Shown one piece after another: positions 11,739 to 27,799 of a stretch of DNA of 64,000 bases. The DNA is from the human T2T-CHM13v2.0 reference genome, Homo sapiens, in NCBI RefSeq assembly GCF_009914755.1, contig NC_060931.1; one strand, written 5' to 3'. Numbering within the stretch: position 1 is the stretch's first letter; every line of letters begins with the position of its first letter. Below the pieces are notes generated by a model. That model was given only the letters and a program-made list of their open reading frames with translations. It had not been told where the DNA came from and made no database searches. Both the position numbers and the translations under genes were made by a program.

Positions 11739-13049
11739 TGTGATCTCCTGTTTTAAAATTCATAAACACCACAAGAAAACAATACACTATGAGACCCAGC
11801 AGAAACAACAGGTAGACTCTGTAGACACAGATACTGGAATTATCAGAGAGAATATAAAGTAACAGTGTTTTATATATCTAAAGAAATAAAAAAGTTTTCT
11901 GGAAATATGAAAAAAAAATCTTGTTTTATCACATGATCGTTCAAATCATCCTTAAGTATTAGAAATACACTACAGCATCTCCAAATTTAAATAAACCTGA
12001 AGTAGTATAATTACATCACTCTGAATCAGTGCAGATTTGTACTGTCTTAAAATGTAAAGATTTGCATAAATGCATAAAATAATTTGTACTACTTTATTAA
12101 AATGGAAAATAGTCAAAATTCAAATTCAAATATAATTACATAATGTCAAATTTTCTTCCACAAATCTATATATTTGTATATTCATAATATTAATATTTCA
12201 TCTAGAAACATGTACTGACTAGTTATAATTCAGTGAGATGTAAGAACAAATCATGAGAGAATTACAGACATCGCCCACCTGAGTCTTGATCGCTCACTGG
12301 TAATGAAGCTGAGAAACAGACGCTCACCTGGCTGAGTCTTGGAGTGAGTCTGTGTGTGAATTGTGGTCCCTGAGCCATGGTTATAAGGAAGGGATGCTGT
12401 CAGTTTATCTCCCTCAGGCCCATAATTCTCATGTTACCTGTAGAAGCAGGATGGCCCTGACCCTGCGATTGTTAGAAAGGAGAGCCACTGGGAGAAAAAT
12501 AAATGTACCTCATTCCTGAAAAGAGCAGAGTAGCCACAGCTGGGTTCTGAAGTTTAGAATGAGTGAGCTCATTTTCTTAGGTAACTTTTGCTCAGGTGAA
12601 TTGCCTCCTCTCAGTCCTTGTCAACAAAATGGATGTTAAAGGATAACTCTAACTTCAAACCACCTTTACAGTTGCATGTCAGATTACCAAATGTTTCCTT
12701 GCTAAAAAAAAAACTATACATACATACCATGGTATGAATGAATATCATAATGCTGCATAAAAGAAACCAAATTAAAAAGCGTGCATAGTATCTAATTCCA
12801 TTCATTAAAAAAATCAAAAAGCAAACAAAACTGAATTTCTGGCTTCCTAGCTTGTTTAACAAGACTCTCACAGGAAAAGTAATACATTTTTGATAAAATG
12901 TGTAATTATATAGAAATATATTTATGTGTAATACATATGGTATAATACATGTATGGGTAAGAAGTGAATGAGAATTTCAGCTTTGTCCACTGTAGGGGAG
13001 TTAGGGATTGGAGTTGAGTTTAGTCAAATTAAGTTTCTTCTAGAAAAAT

Positions 13050-13515
13050 AACAATACTCCTCAAAAAGCATAACAGAATCTAGAGTGTCTATCTGTCATT
13101 TATAGTTTCTAGCATATAATTTTAAAATTCATGAGATGTGTGAAAAAAGCAGGATAATGTAATTCATATACAAGATTAAAAGTAAAACAGCCATCAGAAG
13201 CTAGCTCAAAGATGTCCAAGGTGTTGTAATAAGATGACAAGAACTGGAAAGCAGCTATTATAAATATGGTCATGGAGGTAAAGAAAAATATTCTCATAAC
13301 GATTGGGCAAATGTGGAATCTCAGAAGAGAAATGGAAATTATAAAAAAGCCAAATAGAAAGATGATAATAAAAAAGTACTATTGAGAGGATCATCTGATT
13401 AGAAACAGAAGAAATAAACTTAAAGACAGAGCCCTAGAAATTAACCAATCTGAAGACAATGTTTCAGACGAATGATTGAAGAAAAATAAACTGAGCCTCA
13501 GAGATCTGTGAGATG
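13050..13515 (+). mobile_element. Ancient L1M fragment (ORF1 region)
   Basis: A-rich degenerate L1 ORF1-like sequence (gaaattaaccaatctgaag..gagcctcagagatctgtg). Confidence 0.55.
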
Positions 13516-13760
13516 ACTGGGTCCTGCTAGACAACACCTGCCTTCCCCAGTGTCGAGTCCACAGTGCAGCTGACCTGCCCCTGCGTGAGCATTTCGGCTG
13601 TGGTCCAGCATTCTTCTGAGAGCCTGGCCCCAAAGGCCAATGGTCCACCCTGGGGCTCCTGCCACAGTCACTACTGCCACTGCTATTGCTGCCACAAGGC
13701 CAAGGAGGAAGTGTGGAGACCAGGTACTTTCATGCACCCCAACAGTGGAATCCACCCTGG

Positions 13761-14015
<255 letters not shown>

Positions 14016-14734
14016 GAATCCACCCTGTTTTTGAGGAAGGTAGGTGGCAAGTGGGTCACAATGTTTCACAGCTGCCAGCCTCCACTGCACCCACTGAGGG
14101 GGGTGCCTATGCTCCCCAGTAACAGGCCCATGGCATAGCCACACTGCCCTTGCCTGGGCATTTTGGTTCCAGCTGCACACTCTTCTGAGGCATTGCAATC
14201 CCCAGCTGCTGGCAAAGCAGTTGACTCTGATGGAAGTGGGGAGCAGCTCTGCTCTTCAGGGCAGGGCAGGGTCAAGCCATGCCTCTGGCACCAGCTGTCT
14301 CACTCCAGCCATTCCCTGAGTAGAGTCCAGTGATGTGGGTCTTATCCTAGCTCCATGTGTCACCAACTGTGTGACCTCAATGAGTTTCTTCACCCCCAGC
14401 CTTCCGTGTCCACATGCAGGCAGTGGATATGGGACATGAATAGTGACAACTGCACAGAGTGACTGGGCACGTCAAATGAGATGGGACCGATAGAAAGAAA
14501 AGTGGAGGCCTGGCCCATTTGTTGTTGGAGGTGCTCGCTGAGGTGCAAGAAGGTCTATAGGTCACCCACCCATCTGCCCAGGAGCCTCATCTGCCTCAGC
14601 ACTTATTAGGCACCTGATGTACAGGGATTCTATGGCAGACACCCAACACAGCCCTTAGTTGTGGCTGCCACATGATTCTCCCACCTTGGCCTCCCAAAGT
14701 GCTGAGATTATAGGCATGAGCCACCACCCAAGCT

Positions 14735-16330
14735 TAAATTTTTGTTTCATTTTTGTTGTTTTTATATGCTTTAATTACTTTCTCTTTTTCTTCTGTGTAT
14801 CTACTACAGTTTTTTTCCTGGTGGTTATCATGAGACTTACATAAAACATCTTGTATCTTAACAACCTTGTTTAAGATGATGACAATTTAACTTCTATGCA
14901 TAGAAAAACTTTACAAATTTTCTCCCTTTCACACATTTTATATTATGTATGTCACACTTTACAACTTTTTATGTTGTGTGTCCATTAACAAATTATTGTA
15001 GCTATTTTATTTTTAATATTTTTTATAAATCTTACACTAAAGGTCAAAGTGACTTATGCAAAACCACTACAGTATTAGAGTATTCTAAATTTCACTGTTT
15101 ATTTACCATTTTCAGTGACATTTATTCCTCAATATTTTTGGTATTATTAGCCTTCGGTCATATCAATGTGAAGACTTCCTTTCAGCATTTCTTGCAGAAC
15201 AGATTGAGGTGTGATAAATTCCCTCACCCTCTTTTTTGTCTTGGAATGTTAGAATGTCTTGATCTCTATTATTTCTAAAGAGCCTTGTTGGATATACTCT
15301 TCTTAACTGTCAGGTTTTTTTCTTCTCTCAGCATTTTGAATATATGGTCTCCCAGTTTGCTTGCAAGGTTTCTGCTGAAAAATCCACTGATACCATTATA
15401 AAGGTTTCCTTCTATGTGAAGAATTTATTGCTTGCTGTTTTCAAGGTTTGTGCTTTATCTCTGTATTTTGACAATCATAATGTGTCCAAGGGCAATCTTT
15501 ATTAGGTTCTTCTTGCTCAAGGTATTTGGAGCTTCATAAAACTGGATGTTCACATTATTTTCTAGATTTGGAAAGGTTTAAGACATTACATATTTAAAGC
15601 TCTTTTCCTCTTTCTCCCTTTTTCTGAAATTTCTGAAATGTGTATATTTGTTCACTTGGTTATATATTGGTTACTTTTAAATAGCCTGTTTTGGAATTTG
15701 CTGAATTTTTCTTCTTTAGGATTGAGTCTCCTGTTAAACATTTCTATTACATGTTTCCCGTTCTGCCATTGTTTATTTCAGTTGCAGGATTTCTGTTTGG
15801 TTGTTTTTTATGGTTTCTATTTATCTATTAAAATAATTTTTAATATAGTTGGGGTCTTGTTATGTTGGCCAGGTTAATCTTAAATTCTTGGTCCCATGCA
15901 ATCCTCCAGCCTTAGCCTCCCAAATTGCAATTTTCACAAGTATAAGCCACCATGATCAGCCTATTTCATTATTGTAATTCTCATTTTGTTTCTGTGTTGT
16001 TTCATAACATTTTTAGTAATCTATCGGTGTTCTTTTGCATCTTATTGAAATTTCTTGATGATTATTTTAAATTCTTTGTCAGTCAATTCTGAGACCTCCA
16101 TTTCTTTGCAGATTTTTACTACAGCTTTATTAGTTTCTTTGGGTGATGATCATGTTTTTCAGATTCTTTAAGATCTGTGCAGCCTTATGTTTGTGTCCCT
16201 GAATACGAAGGAGTAAACACAACTGCCACTCATCATAGGATAGTTTTGAAAGATAAATACTTTCTCCTATTGGGTCCCTGGGCTGATGAGATTTTAATTG
16301 AGATTGTAGTTGAGTTTGTTGGAGCCAGGT
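14735..16330 (-). mobile_element. Ancient L1M fragments (T-rich), with an old Alu fragment near 15840-15960
   Basis: Antisense L1-like motifs (gcaaggtttctgctgaaaaatccactgata; atgattattttaaattctttgtcag). Confidence 0.6.
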
Positions 16331-16589
16331 CACGTGACTGCTACGTGGTCTTTAGAGGGCTTTGTGAACATTTAGAAATCCATGTCTAAATAAGCTGTAT
16401 TGCAAAGAACAGTGCATATCCTAATCCTGGTGTTGCTTGAATAGATGGAATCCTTCTGCCCTCCATAAACAAAATTGATGAAATAGGTGAGAGAAATAAG
16501 TGTTAAAATGCACACTGTGTCACCTGGAGAACAGAGCACTATATCTGGGTATGCCAGTCAGAAGAGACATTTTTTTTCTTTCTCAAAAA

Positions 16590-16783
16590 GGTGGTTATAG
16601 TCCAGCTGGGACCCTGAGGTGCATCTGGATCACTTGCGGGGTTTGAAATATCACAGATTACTGGGCTCTCCTTCGTGTTACTTGCTCCGTAGTTCTTGTC
16701 TATGGCTCAAGAATATTCTTTTTCTACAAGTTCTCAGGTGTTTCCAATGCTGCTTGCTCAGGGAAATCACTTGGAGAACCAGT
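16590..16783. mobile_element. MER5-like hAT-Charlie DNA transposon remnant
   Basis: gtggtt..gcatctggatcacttg..cagattactgggc..ttctcaggtg..cacttggagaacca terminal motif. Confidence 0.5.
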
Positions 16784-17356
16784 ATCTGGGTGCGTATTGT
16801 GTGTCTTCTCCAGCAAGGATATTGGCCCACAGAAGATGCAGTCAGAGACAGGTGTCTGAATGGTTTTAAGTGGACTTCGGTGTTGGTTATCCAAATGTGA
16901 AAGTGATCTGATCCTCTGGACTATTGCATTACTTTTCTCTTACCTCAATTAAGTGATCAGAATGTGCTATTTAAAACCTATAAGTGGCCTCAAACTCTTC
17001 AGTAAAAAACCATTTATCATTGCGTTGCAAAAATTCCAAACTATTCATCAGAACTGAAAATGTCTTGTGTGAGATTCCATGGGGTAAGGAGAGCAGTGAC
17101 AAAGCTGTAACTATAAGACAGACAAGAAAATGGCTTTGATGCATATGTAACTGGGGATAAAAATAAAGAGGGAATGAGGAACTGGAGATAATTATAAAAT
17201 AAAACAAGCAGAATTTTCTTTTCTAAATTCAGTCAGTTCAGTTGAAGAGCAGGTGTCCTCTCTCCACATGCACAATCAATGCTATTTCTTCACTCTAAAT
17301 GTTTCAGTCTCTTACCTGAAAGATGTAATATTACTCCAATAGAAACAGTTTTCTCT

Positions 17357-17734
<378 letters not shown>

Positions 17735-17749
17735 TTAAAACAACTTCAT

Positions 17750-20305
<2,556 letters not shown>

Positions 20306-23300
20306 TAAAACAGCACATAGAAAGCAAATCTGTTTTATTCATTAAGACAAATTAATAATGTTTTCCATTTTAAAGAAAGTGTGAAGGATTTTTTTTTCTA
20401 GCTAGTCGTCATCCTTTATATAGACAGCTTAGGGGTCCCTGGGTGCTGGAGACAGGGGTCCCTTGCCCACTCATATCTAAGAAGGTTCTGGTTGGCATTC
20501 ATTCATTTAACACAGAAATATTAAGCAATTAACTTTGTGTGGTTACTTTGCTAGAACCTTGGCATAATTCAATGACTACAGCATACAGATCTCTGGGCCT
20601 CAATTCTATTCAAGGAGTTAGACACTCCTTCAAAGTAGATGGACATCATAGCAGGTCATGTCCACGGAATGTGAGATGAGATGCCCAATGGCCTCTTCTA
20701 GGTAGGGAGCCATCCGCTTAGATTCTGACCAACAGGACAAATCCCAGGACCAACTATAAGGTGGGTGGAATTTGAGTTCATAATAAGGGCCTCCTGTCCT
20801 CCAAATATATGGGGGAAATACAAAGACCATGGTTGGGAAGAGGCCGAAAGAACCCTGGGCCTCGTGCATCTTATGATTCCCATGAGAAGGCTGGAGTCTG
20901 GGTGTTCTGCAGAATAAAAGGAGTCAAAGAGGCTGCAGATGGGCCTCAGACCCCTACTAAGAAGAGAGGAGGCTGGAGCTCCCAGCCAGCCCTTGACAGA
21001 CCCATCCCCATCACAGTCACATCCCAGCTCTGCCTGTCCCCCTCTATCCCACATCCAGGGGGCCCAGAACTGGAGTTATGATGAGCAGCCTGCTTCTCAT
21101 AACCCTCCTTCTGCAGGTGCCATAGACGGGCCTGGGGGGAGCATGCCCGCCGGTAGTTGAGGGCACTAGTTGAAGACGCTAAGGTCCCCTCTCCACCTTG
21201 GGCACCTCGGCCTGCACCGTTGTGCTCTGCCTGGCTGTGGCCGCTGTGGCCAGCGCCTCCTCGGAGCTCCTGGAGAATGGCAGGTGAAGAAAGGCTCAGC
21301 TACTCAGCCTGCACAAGGCAAAGGCCCAGGTTCAGTGGGTTGAGGCTTCGAGGACACGGAACGGGCGCCTGGGTGGAAAGTAGTCACCAGGTGTGAGTGG
21401 CACCGTGGGGCCAATGCCCGGTTTTGCTGTCCCTGCTTCCTGAAGATCGCAGCTGGAGTCACCTGGGCACAGCGTTTGATGTAGCACCTGCAGCGGCAGA
21501 AGTGACACCCAACTGCGAGGACGCTGCAAGGAGCCGGCACGGAGACATCTGTCCCCTCTGCCCCGAGGCCCCAGTTCCTGGCCAGCTTTGGCAAAAGCGA
21601 GAGGCTGGACTTTGGAGGGTGGGTGTGAGTGCATGAGCTCATGTCCAGCCCCCAGTGCCCGGCATGACAAGGTGACACCCTCTAGCGTCACCACTGCCCC
21701 AATCCTGCTTTCATACCTGGCGGGCCAATAGGTCTTTCCCAAGGTATGCAGAATGCAAAGAGGAGGGGAGTGGGCCAATGTCCCAGGGCTGTGGAGCCGC
21801 TGGCTGTCAAGGTCAGGTGGGACATGGTGGGTCTTCTAGGAGGGTTTGTGGGGCCAGCAGGAGTAAGGGTGCTCCAACCTCAACCTGCAGGGGTACCATG
21901 GTCCCCAAGGTGCAGTACCTACAGTCCCCAGCCAAGCCAGACTATGCGCTCCACGTGCCACCTGCTCCTTACATGTGCCCCAGGCTCCACGCAGTAAGCA
22001 GAGAGCAGTGGCCTGGTGTGTGGCTGCCGGGCACCTGCCCCCTGGGGACAGCCAATTCCTAGGGGGACCAAGGCATCCTCATCCCTCGCCTGGCAGCTTC
22101 TCAGGAAGGCTGTCACCTGATAAGTGGGAGGGGAGGGTTTGGGGAGGGCCAGTGGCCCAGCCAACCTGAGTGATTTCCAAGTGAATGAACTGGGGGATCC
22201 CGCTGCCTCTGGCTCAGGCTTGTGGTGGAATCTGCCTGGACCTCAGGGGCTCCAGGCTGCCAGCTGCCTATCCAGGCTCTGGGTGCCTCCTCCAGACCTC
22301 AGATACCTCAGCTGTCTGAGAGGACTGATAGGGCATGATATGGCAGGGGTGTTTCAGGATTGAGCCAGATGATCCCCTGTAATCTCTTATTACTCACTCC
22401 CACCCTTCCACTTTCGTGCACCCTGCCTCCTTTTTTTTTTCTTTCCCTATTCTGAGTTTGTCATGAGACGTTGTGGAATGTTTCTGGTGGGGAGGTAGGA
22501 AAGGTGAAACCCTTACCCTTGGCTTCAGAGTTCCTCCCAGGCACCCCCTCCTCTTAGGCTTTTTTAAAGCACAGACCTGGCACCATGTCCTGTACTTGGG
22601 AGAGCTGCAGAGAACTTCATGTGTTTCCAAAACCAGAACACTTGATTGCTGACTCCAGATCCTTATCTCACCCCAAAACCCAAATGCCTTGGGGCGGCCA
22701 GCTTCAGACATGAGTGAATTTGATGCTTTTTCTCTGGGACTGACTGAAGGCTTATATAATGGAGCACGCCTGCCCCTGTGTTTTGGGGGAGTTACTAGTA
22801 GTGACCCAGAACTGTGAGCACCATTCCCCACACAGAGCACAGGGAACACAGCCCTCTCCAGCAGGCTGGGCTGGCCGTGGCCTGATGCACATCAGTCCCA
22901 AGGCAAGAGACCCAAGGCAGGGAATGTCTCTTGCCCCCGCTTTCACAATGCAGACATTTAACTGGGGGTGGTGGCCTCTTCGGGTCCCCAGCCTTCAGAG
23001 TGGGATTGTTACCCTGTGCCACCAAGGGAAATGGAAGCACAGGGCCAGTGGGTGGCAGTTAGAGACTCTGTGATTGGGAAATATTACCTTAGACCCAGCA
23101 TGGCCCGTTCAGGACATAGCGCCTCTTGGGCTCCATCCATGGGCTGTTCTTTCCATGGGGCACTTTGGTTGTAGTCAGCACCCTGTGGGGTGGGGGTGGG
23201 GCACCAGGAGGAGCAAGTGTTATGGGATCCACAGGGGGAAGGAGGGGATATACCCCCTTTGCCCCACCCTGGGCACAAAAGCTTTGTTCTCTGATGTGTG

Positions 23301-24069
23301 TGGGCATCAGTGCCTGTGTGGGTATGGGTGGGGTTGCCTCTTTTCTTGACCAAGAAAGAACCATTCCTGGGTATCCTGGGAGGCTTAGGGCACTACATGT
23401 ACCTGGGAGCTGAGTGGAGTGTGTGAGGGCTCTGCAGGACTCTCCCCTGCTGCCTCCTCTCCAGTGGGAGCCAGGCCATGTGCTCTTAGTGCCGACTCAC
23501 GCCCAGGCCCACGCTGCCCTTCACTCAGCAGGCCCCTCCCTGACTCCCCCAGCTCAGCTCCTTTTGGGTCTCCTGAGGCCCTTGTGGGCCCTGGGATAGA
23601 ATCACAGAAGTTGACAGCTCTGCTGCCTGCCTCTGCCTGAAGTCAGAGTCCCTCGTGGGCAGGGTGGGTGGGCAGGTCAGGGCTCAGCTTTTGACTGAGT
23701 ACAGGGTCCTTTTTTCATGCCACACTGATGGAAACACTGGGCAGGGCTGGCCTGGGGGCTGCTCTGTGGCCCCCCAGTCCATCACTGGACCAGGTTGAAG
23801 GCAGTATTTGTGCAGATGGCTTCATCTGTTGTCACAATCCAGACACTAGAACCAACTGGCTATTGCTCTTGGGCCAGGGTCTTGGGCTGAGGCTGTCATG
23901 ACCAGCATGTTCTCTGCCATTTGGGGGCCTCAGGCAGCTCCCAATGCTGAGTGGTCCCAAAAAGACATGACAGCCAGAACTGGAAGGCTGGAAGTCAGGA
24001 CAGGAGTACACCTGACTCTGGGGCTTCCAGAGAGCTGACCCTGAGCTGTGGCCCCTGCAAAAGACAGGC

Positions 24070-24146
24070 GCCTCTGAGATCGTACCACTGCACTCCAGCT
24101 TAGGTGACAGAGGGAGACTCCGTCTCGATAAATAAATAAATAAATA
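24070..24146 (+). mobile_element. Heavily 5'-truncated Alu with (AAAT)n tail and TSD aagacaggc
   Basis: gagatcgtaccactgcactccagc..actccgtctc, flanked by aagacaggcgcct / aagacaggctcct. Confidence 0.8.
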
Positions 24147-24991
24147 AGACAGGCTCCTGTGGATATTTCAGGGGACAAATGTGGGTCCTTCTGGCTGGCA
24201 GGATTCTGGTGATCACTGGGAAGGTGGGGCTGGCTTAGGCAGGTCAGGCACAATTGGGCCTGGCAGAGGAGCCAGGGAATGGTTTTGCCAGAATAGACAG
24301 CTGGACCTTTGAATCTAGGCCATACATAGGCAGAATAACAAGTGATGGTGCAGCCAGCTCAGGCAGGTCTAGGTCAGGGCACCTGCCAGTAGAAACATGC
24401 ACCCCTGTTCCAGACCCCAGTCCCAGACCACCTGCCTGCACTGGGCATTGTCTGGTCTTGGCAGAAAGGCCTGGGGGTGATGATCAGGTTGCGTGTCCCT
24501 GGGTCTCAGGCCTCAGTGGCTCCTTAGGAACTGGGCAGTCACTGGGCAGTGGGAAGGGCCCAGGGACATGTGCATCTGCCCATGGGTTGTGTTCCCACCC
24601 CAGCTTCTCAGCCCTCACTGGGAGAGGCCAGGGATCCCCGCCTGCTCTGACCCACTCACCTGGTGACTCTGATGGCTTCCTCACCCCAGGCTGGGTCCTC
24701 CTCTGTTAGATGGGAGTCCCAGGCTTCCCGCAGACACAAGCCAACTACCAGCCACACCTTGTGGGCCCACTTGGACCTCTTTACTCCAGTGACCATTGAG
24801 ACCCAACTGGCCAGTACTGGTGTCCTATTTGTATATTGCCCTTTTTCCCAGTGTGTTTTCTGTAATGACTGTTGTGTGGAGCTTCCATATAAGCTGTAGA
24901 ATACAGAATGTCCTCTACCACACAGAGCCCCCACTACTGTCCCCCTAGGGCTGGTTGTGCCTTGCTCAACTTGGTATAAATGGCTGCTGCT

Positions 24992-25442
<451 letters not shown>

Positions 25443-27143
25443 TTTTTTTAAAATGGCTGCTGCCACGTGCACTGTTGAGTGCCACCCATCCACATGGCTG
25501 CCCAACCCTGCGTCTCCTTCCTTTTTGTTGCTGAGGTCTTTTCTGTTCCCCTGCTCTTCATCTGAACTGCTCTTGAAGCCAAGATGAGGGATAAGTAGGG
25601 TGGTGTTGACAGGGACCCCTCCTGGGGTAAATCTCAGCTGAGAGGGGGCAGGCCTTGCCCCATCCTCTCATTTCGTCCTCTTAGCTTCATTTCTGCCAGA
25701 GGTCATCAAAGTGCAGCCTGTCCCCACCTGCTCTTCTGTCTCCCATGAGCGAAGGATGAATTTTACATTTCCAAATGGTCGAACAAACCAAAAGAAGAAT
25801 CATACTTTGTGGCGTTTTGAAATTGGAGTTTTCAGTGCCTGTAAGGAAAGTTCTATGAGATTGAAGCCTTGTGCCTTCACTCACAGGTTGTCTGCAGGAG
25901 GCTGCCGTCATGCTACAGCTGCAGATTTGAGTCATTGCCATCGAGAGGGGTTGGCAAAGCTGCGAATATTGACCCCTAGCCATTTTGAGGAAGAGTTTTT
26001 AGACCTTGGTTTGAGAATTGTATGGTGGGACCCAGGGCTCTGGGTCAGAGTCTTCCCCACTCAGGGCTGCTTTGACCTTCACTGGAGTGTCTGTAAAGTG
26101 GGGGTGCCATGTGCCTATTGTGGGGGTGTTAAGCCCCAGAGCGTCAAATATTGGGGTGCCTGCCTTATGGTCACCCACCTCACCTGCAGAGGTCCTGGGA
26201 TCTAATCCCAACCAGCAGGAGCTATTGGTCTTTGGTAACAGACACCATGAAGCTAAGTTGCCACTTGCATCGAGGTTGTCCCCTGGGGCTCACTCTCTAG
26301 GTCAAGGATGGTACAGGGCTGATGTCCTGAATCACATTCTGGTGGAGCCTCGGACACTACAGCTGCTGAATGAGCTGCTGGCCTGCTGGGATGGGGGCGG
26401 CAGCTGGCAGAAATGGTTGCAGCTGCAGGACATTAAGGCAGCTGTGAGGCTACTGGGAGTCACACCTCAGGTCTCCCTCCCAGTACCTGCCCAGCTGGAA
26501 TATTTGTGCCCCGGTGGTCACTATGCAACAGGACCTGACACTGACCAGGGAGCTATGGCCACAGGCTCTCTGCAGCTGGCCACAAAAGAGTCTTCTCCTC
26601 CCCTCTGCTAATTTGCTGGGTTCTCTTGTCTCATTCTCACTTAGCTACTTCATTACCTGAAAACAGATCCAAAATTGCTCCTTGGGCTGATAGTCATTTT
26701 TTTTCAGCCACCTGGAGTGGCTACATCTCCTGGAGAACTTTGATTTTCTAGTCACAGAGGAAAGGACAGGATACTGACAGGGCCTGGATAGAAGATGCCG
26801 AAGGGGCCTTGTGGGGAAGGGAGGGAGCAGGGGCCCAACCTCTTGGGGCCTTTCTCTTAAGAGGCTCCCTCCTCTCCTCCAATCCCATGCCGCCCCAGTC
26901 TGTTCTCAGAGTTAGATACAAGCAGCCTTCCTGCAAAGATTGGTCCTTGATTTCAGTTTCCCTATTCACACCCTTTATTGAAATGGGTCTCCTCTTTCTC
27001 TGTGTATCATACCCTCCCAATACATCTAAGATGAAGAGAATAGAGCCAGGCAGTGTGCTGCCCAGGGAATCCACTAAACCCTGGCCCATGGATAAACCCC
27101 AACCCCACCCCCTCTCATGCTGCACTACCACCAGTGCCACCAG

Positions 27144-27378
27144 GGTCAGGTTTTGGTATCAGGATGATGCACATCTCATTAAATGAGTTAGGGAGGAGTC
27201 CCTCTTTGTCAATTGTTTGGAATAGTTTCAAAAGAAATGGTACCAGCTGTTCTTTGTACCTCTGGTAGAATTCAGCTGTGAAAACATCTAGTCCTGGGCT
27301 TTTTTTGCTTAGTAGGCTATTTATTACTGCCTCAATTTTAGAACTTGTTATTGGTTTATTCAAAGATTCAACTTCTTT
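27144..27378 (-). mobile_element. L1PA ORF2 fragment
   Basis: [67 protein letters not shown]. Confidence 0.92.
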
Positions 27379-27799
27379 CAAAAAATATTTCAAAAACAAC
27401 AGATAAAAGTAGCATTTAATAACAGAACAAAGGATCAGTAATATTTTAAGCAGAGTCAAAAAGGTTACTTCAGTCTTATATTAGTTTACTCCATGCAGTT
27501 ATCTCCCGTTCTGCTTGATATTGATGAACATTTCACCTCTCTTTGAGAGTCCTGAAAGTTTTTTCTTTATTCTAATGCCAAATATTTCCAAAGTTATCGG
27601 AAACCTGCATTTAATAGCACCTGTCAACATCCTATAGCTGATTATCAATCACCTTTCAAAGAGGATTAAAACAAGACAACAATTGTCTGTGGATGACAAA
27701 GAAGTCTTAGGACAGCCATTATTAAAGCCACAACTGACAGGGAGATTTTTGTTACTTCTGTTGCATACAACAATTTTACATAACAATTATTACTATTAA

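Larger units (their letters stand above)
7968..11913 (+). pseudogene. SAPCD2P2: Processed (retrotransposed) pseudogene of SAPCD2; CDS-equivalent about 8047-9226 plus long 3'UTR
   Basis: Intronless SAPCD2 peptides spread over shifting frames: AFLQSLRTLF..GYLTFERFV, FAPADEPR..PEQLCAPAEAAPC, RHTITSGVDCGLLKQMKELEQEKEVLLQGLEMMARGRDWYQQQL, QQQTILMLKEQN*. Frameshifts near 8385, 8670, 9005 and 9200; TGA at 9082. AATAAA at 11885, A-tail 11910-11918, TSD aaaaaccttg (7958-7967) / aaaaatcttg (11914-11923). The P-number is from recall. Confidence 0.92.

Noticed and set aside
11680-11740. Long A-run as the end of the SAPCD2 retrocopy
   Set aside because: It is the tail of an Alu monomer; the AATAAA, tail and TSD are at 11885-11923
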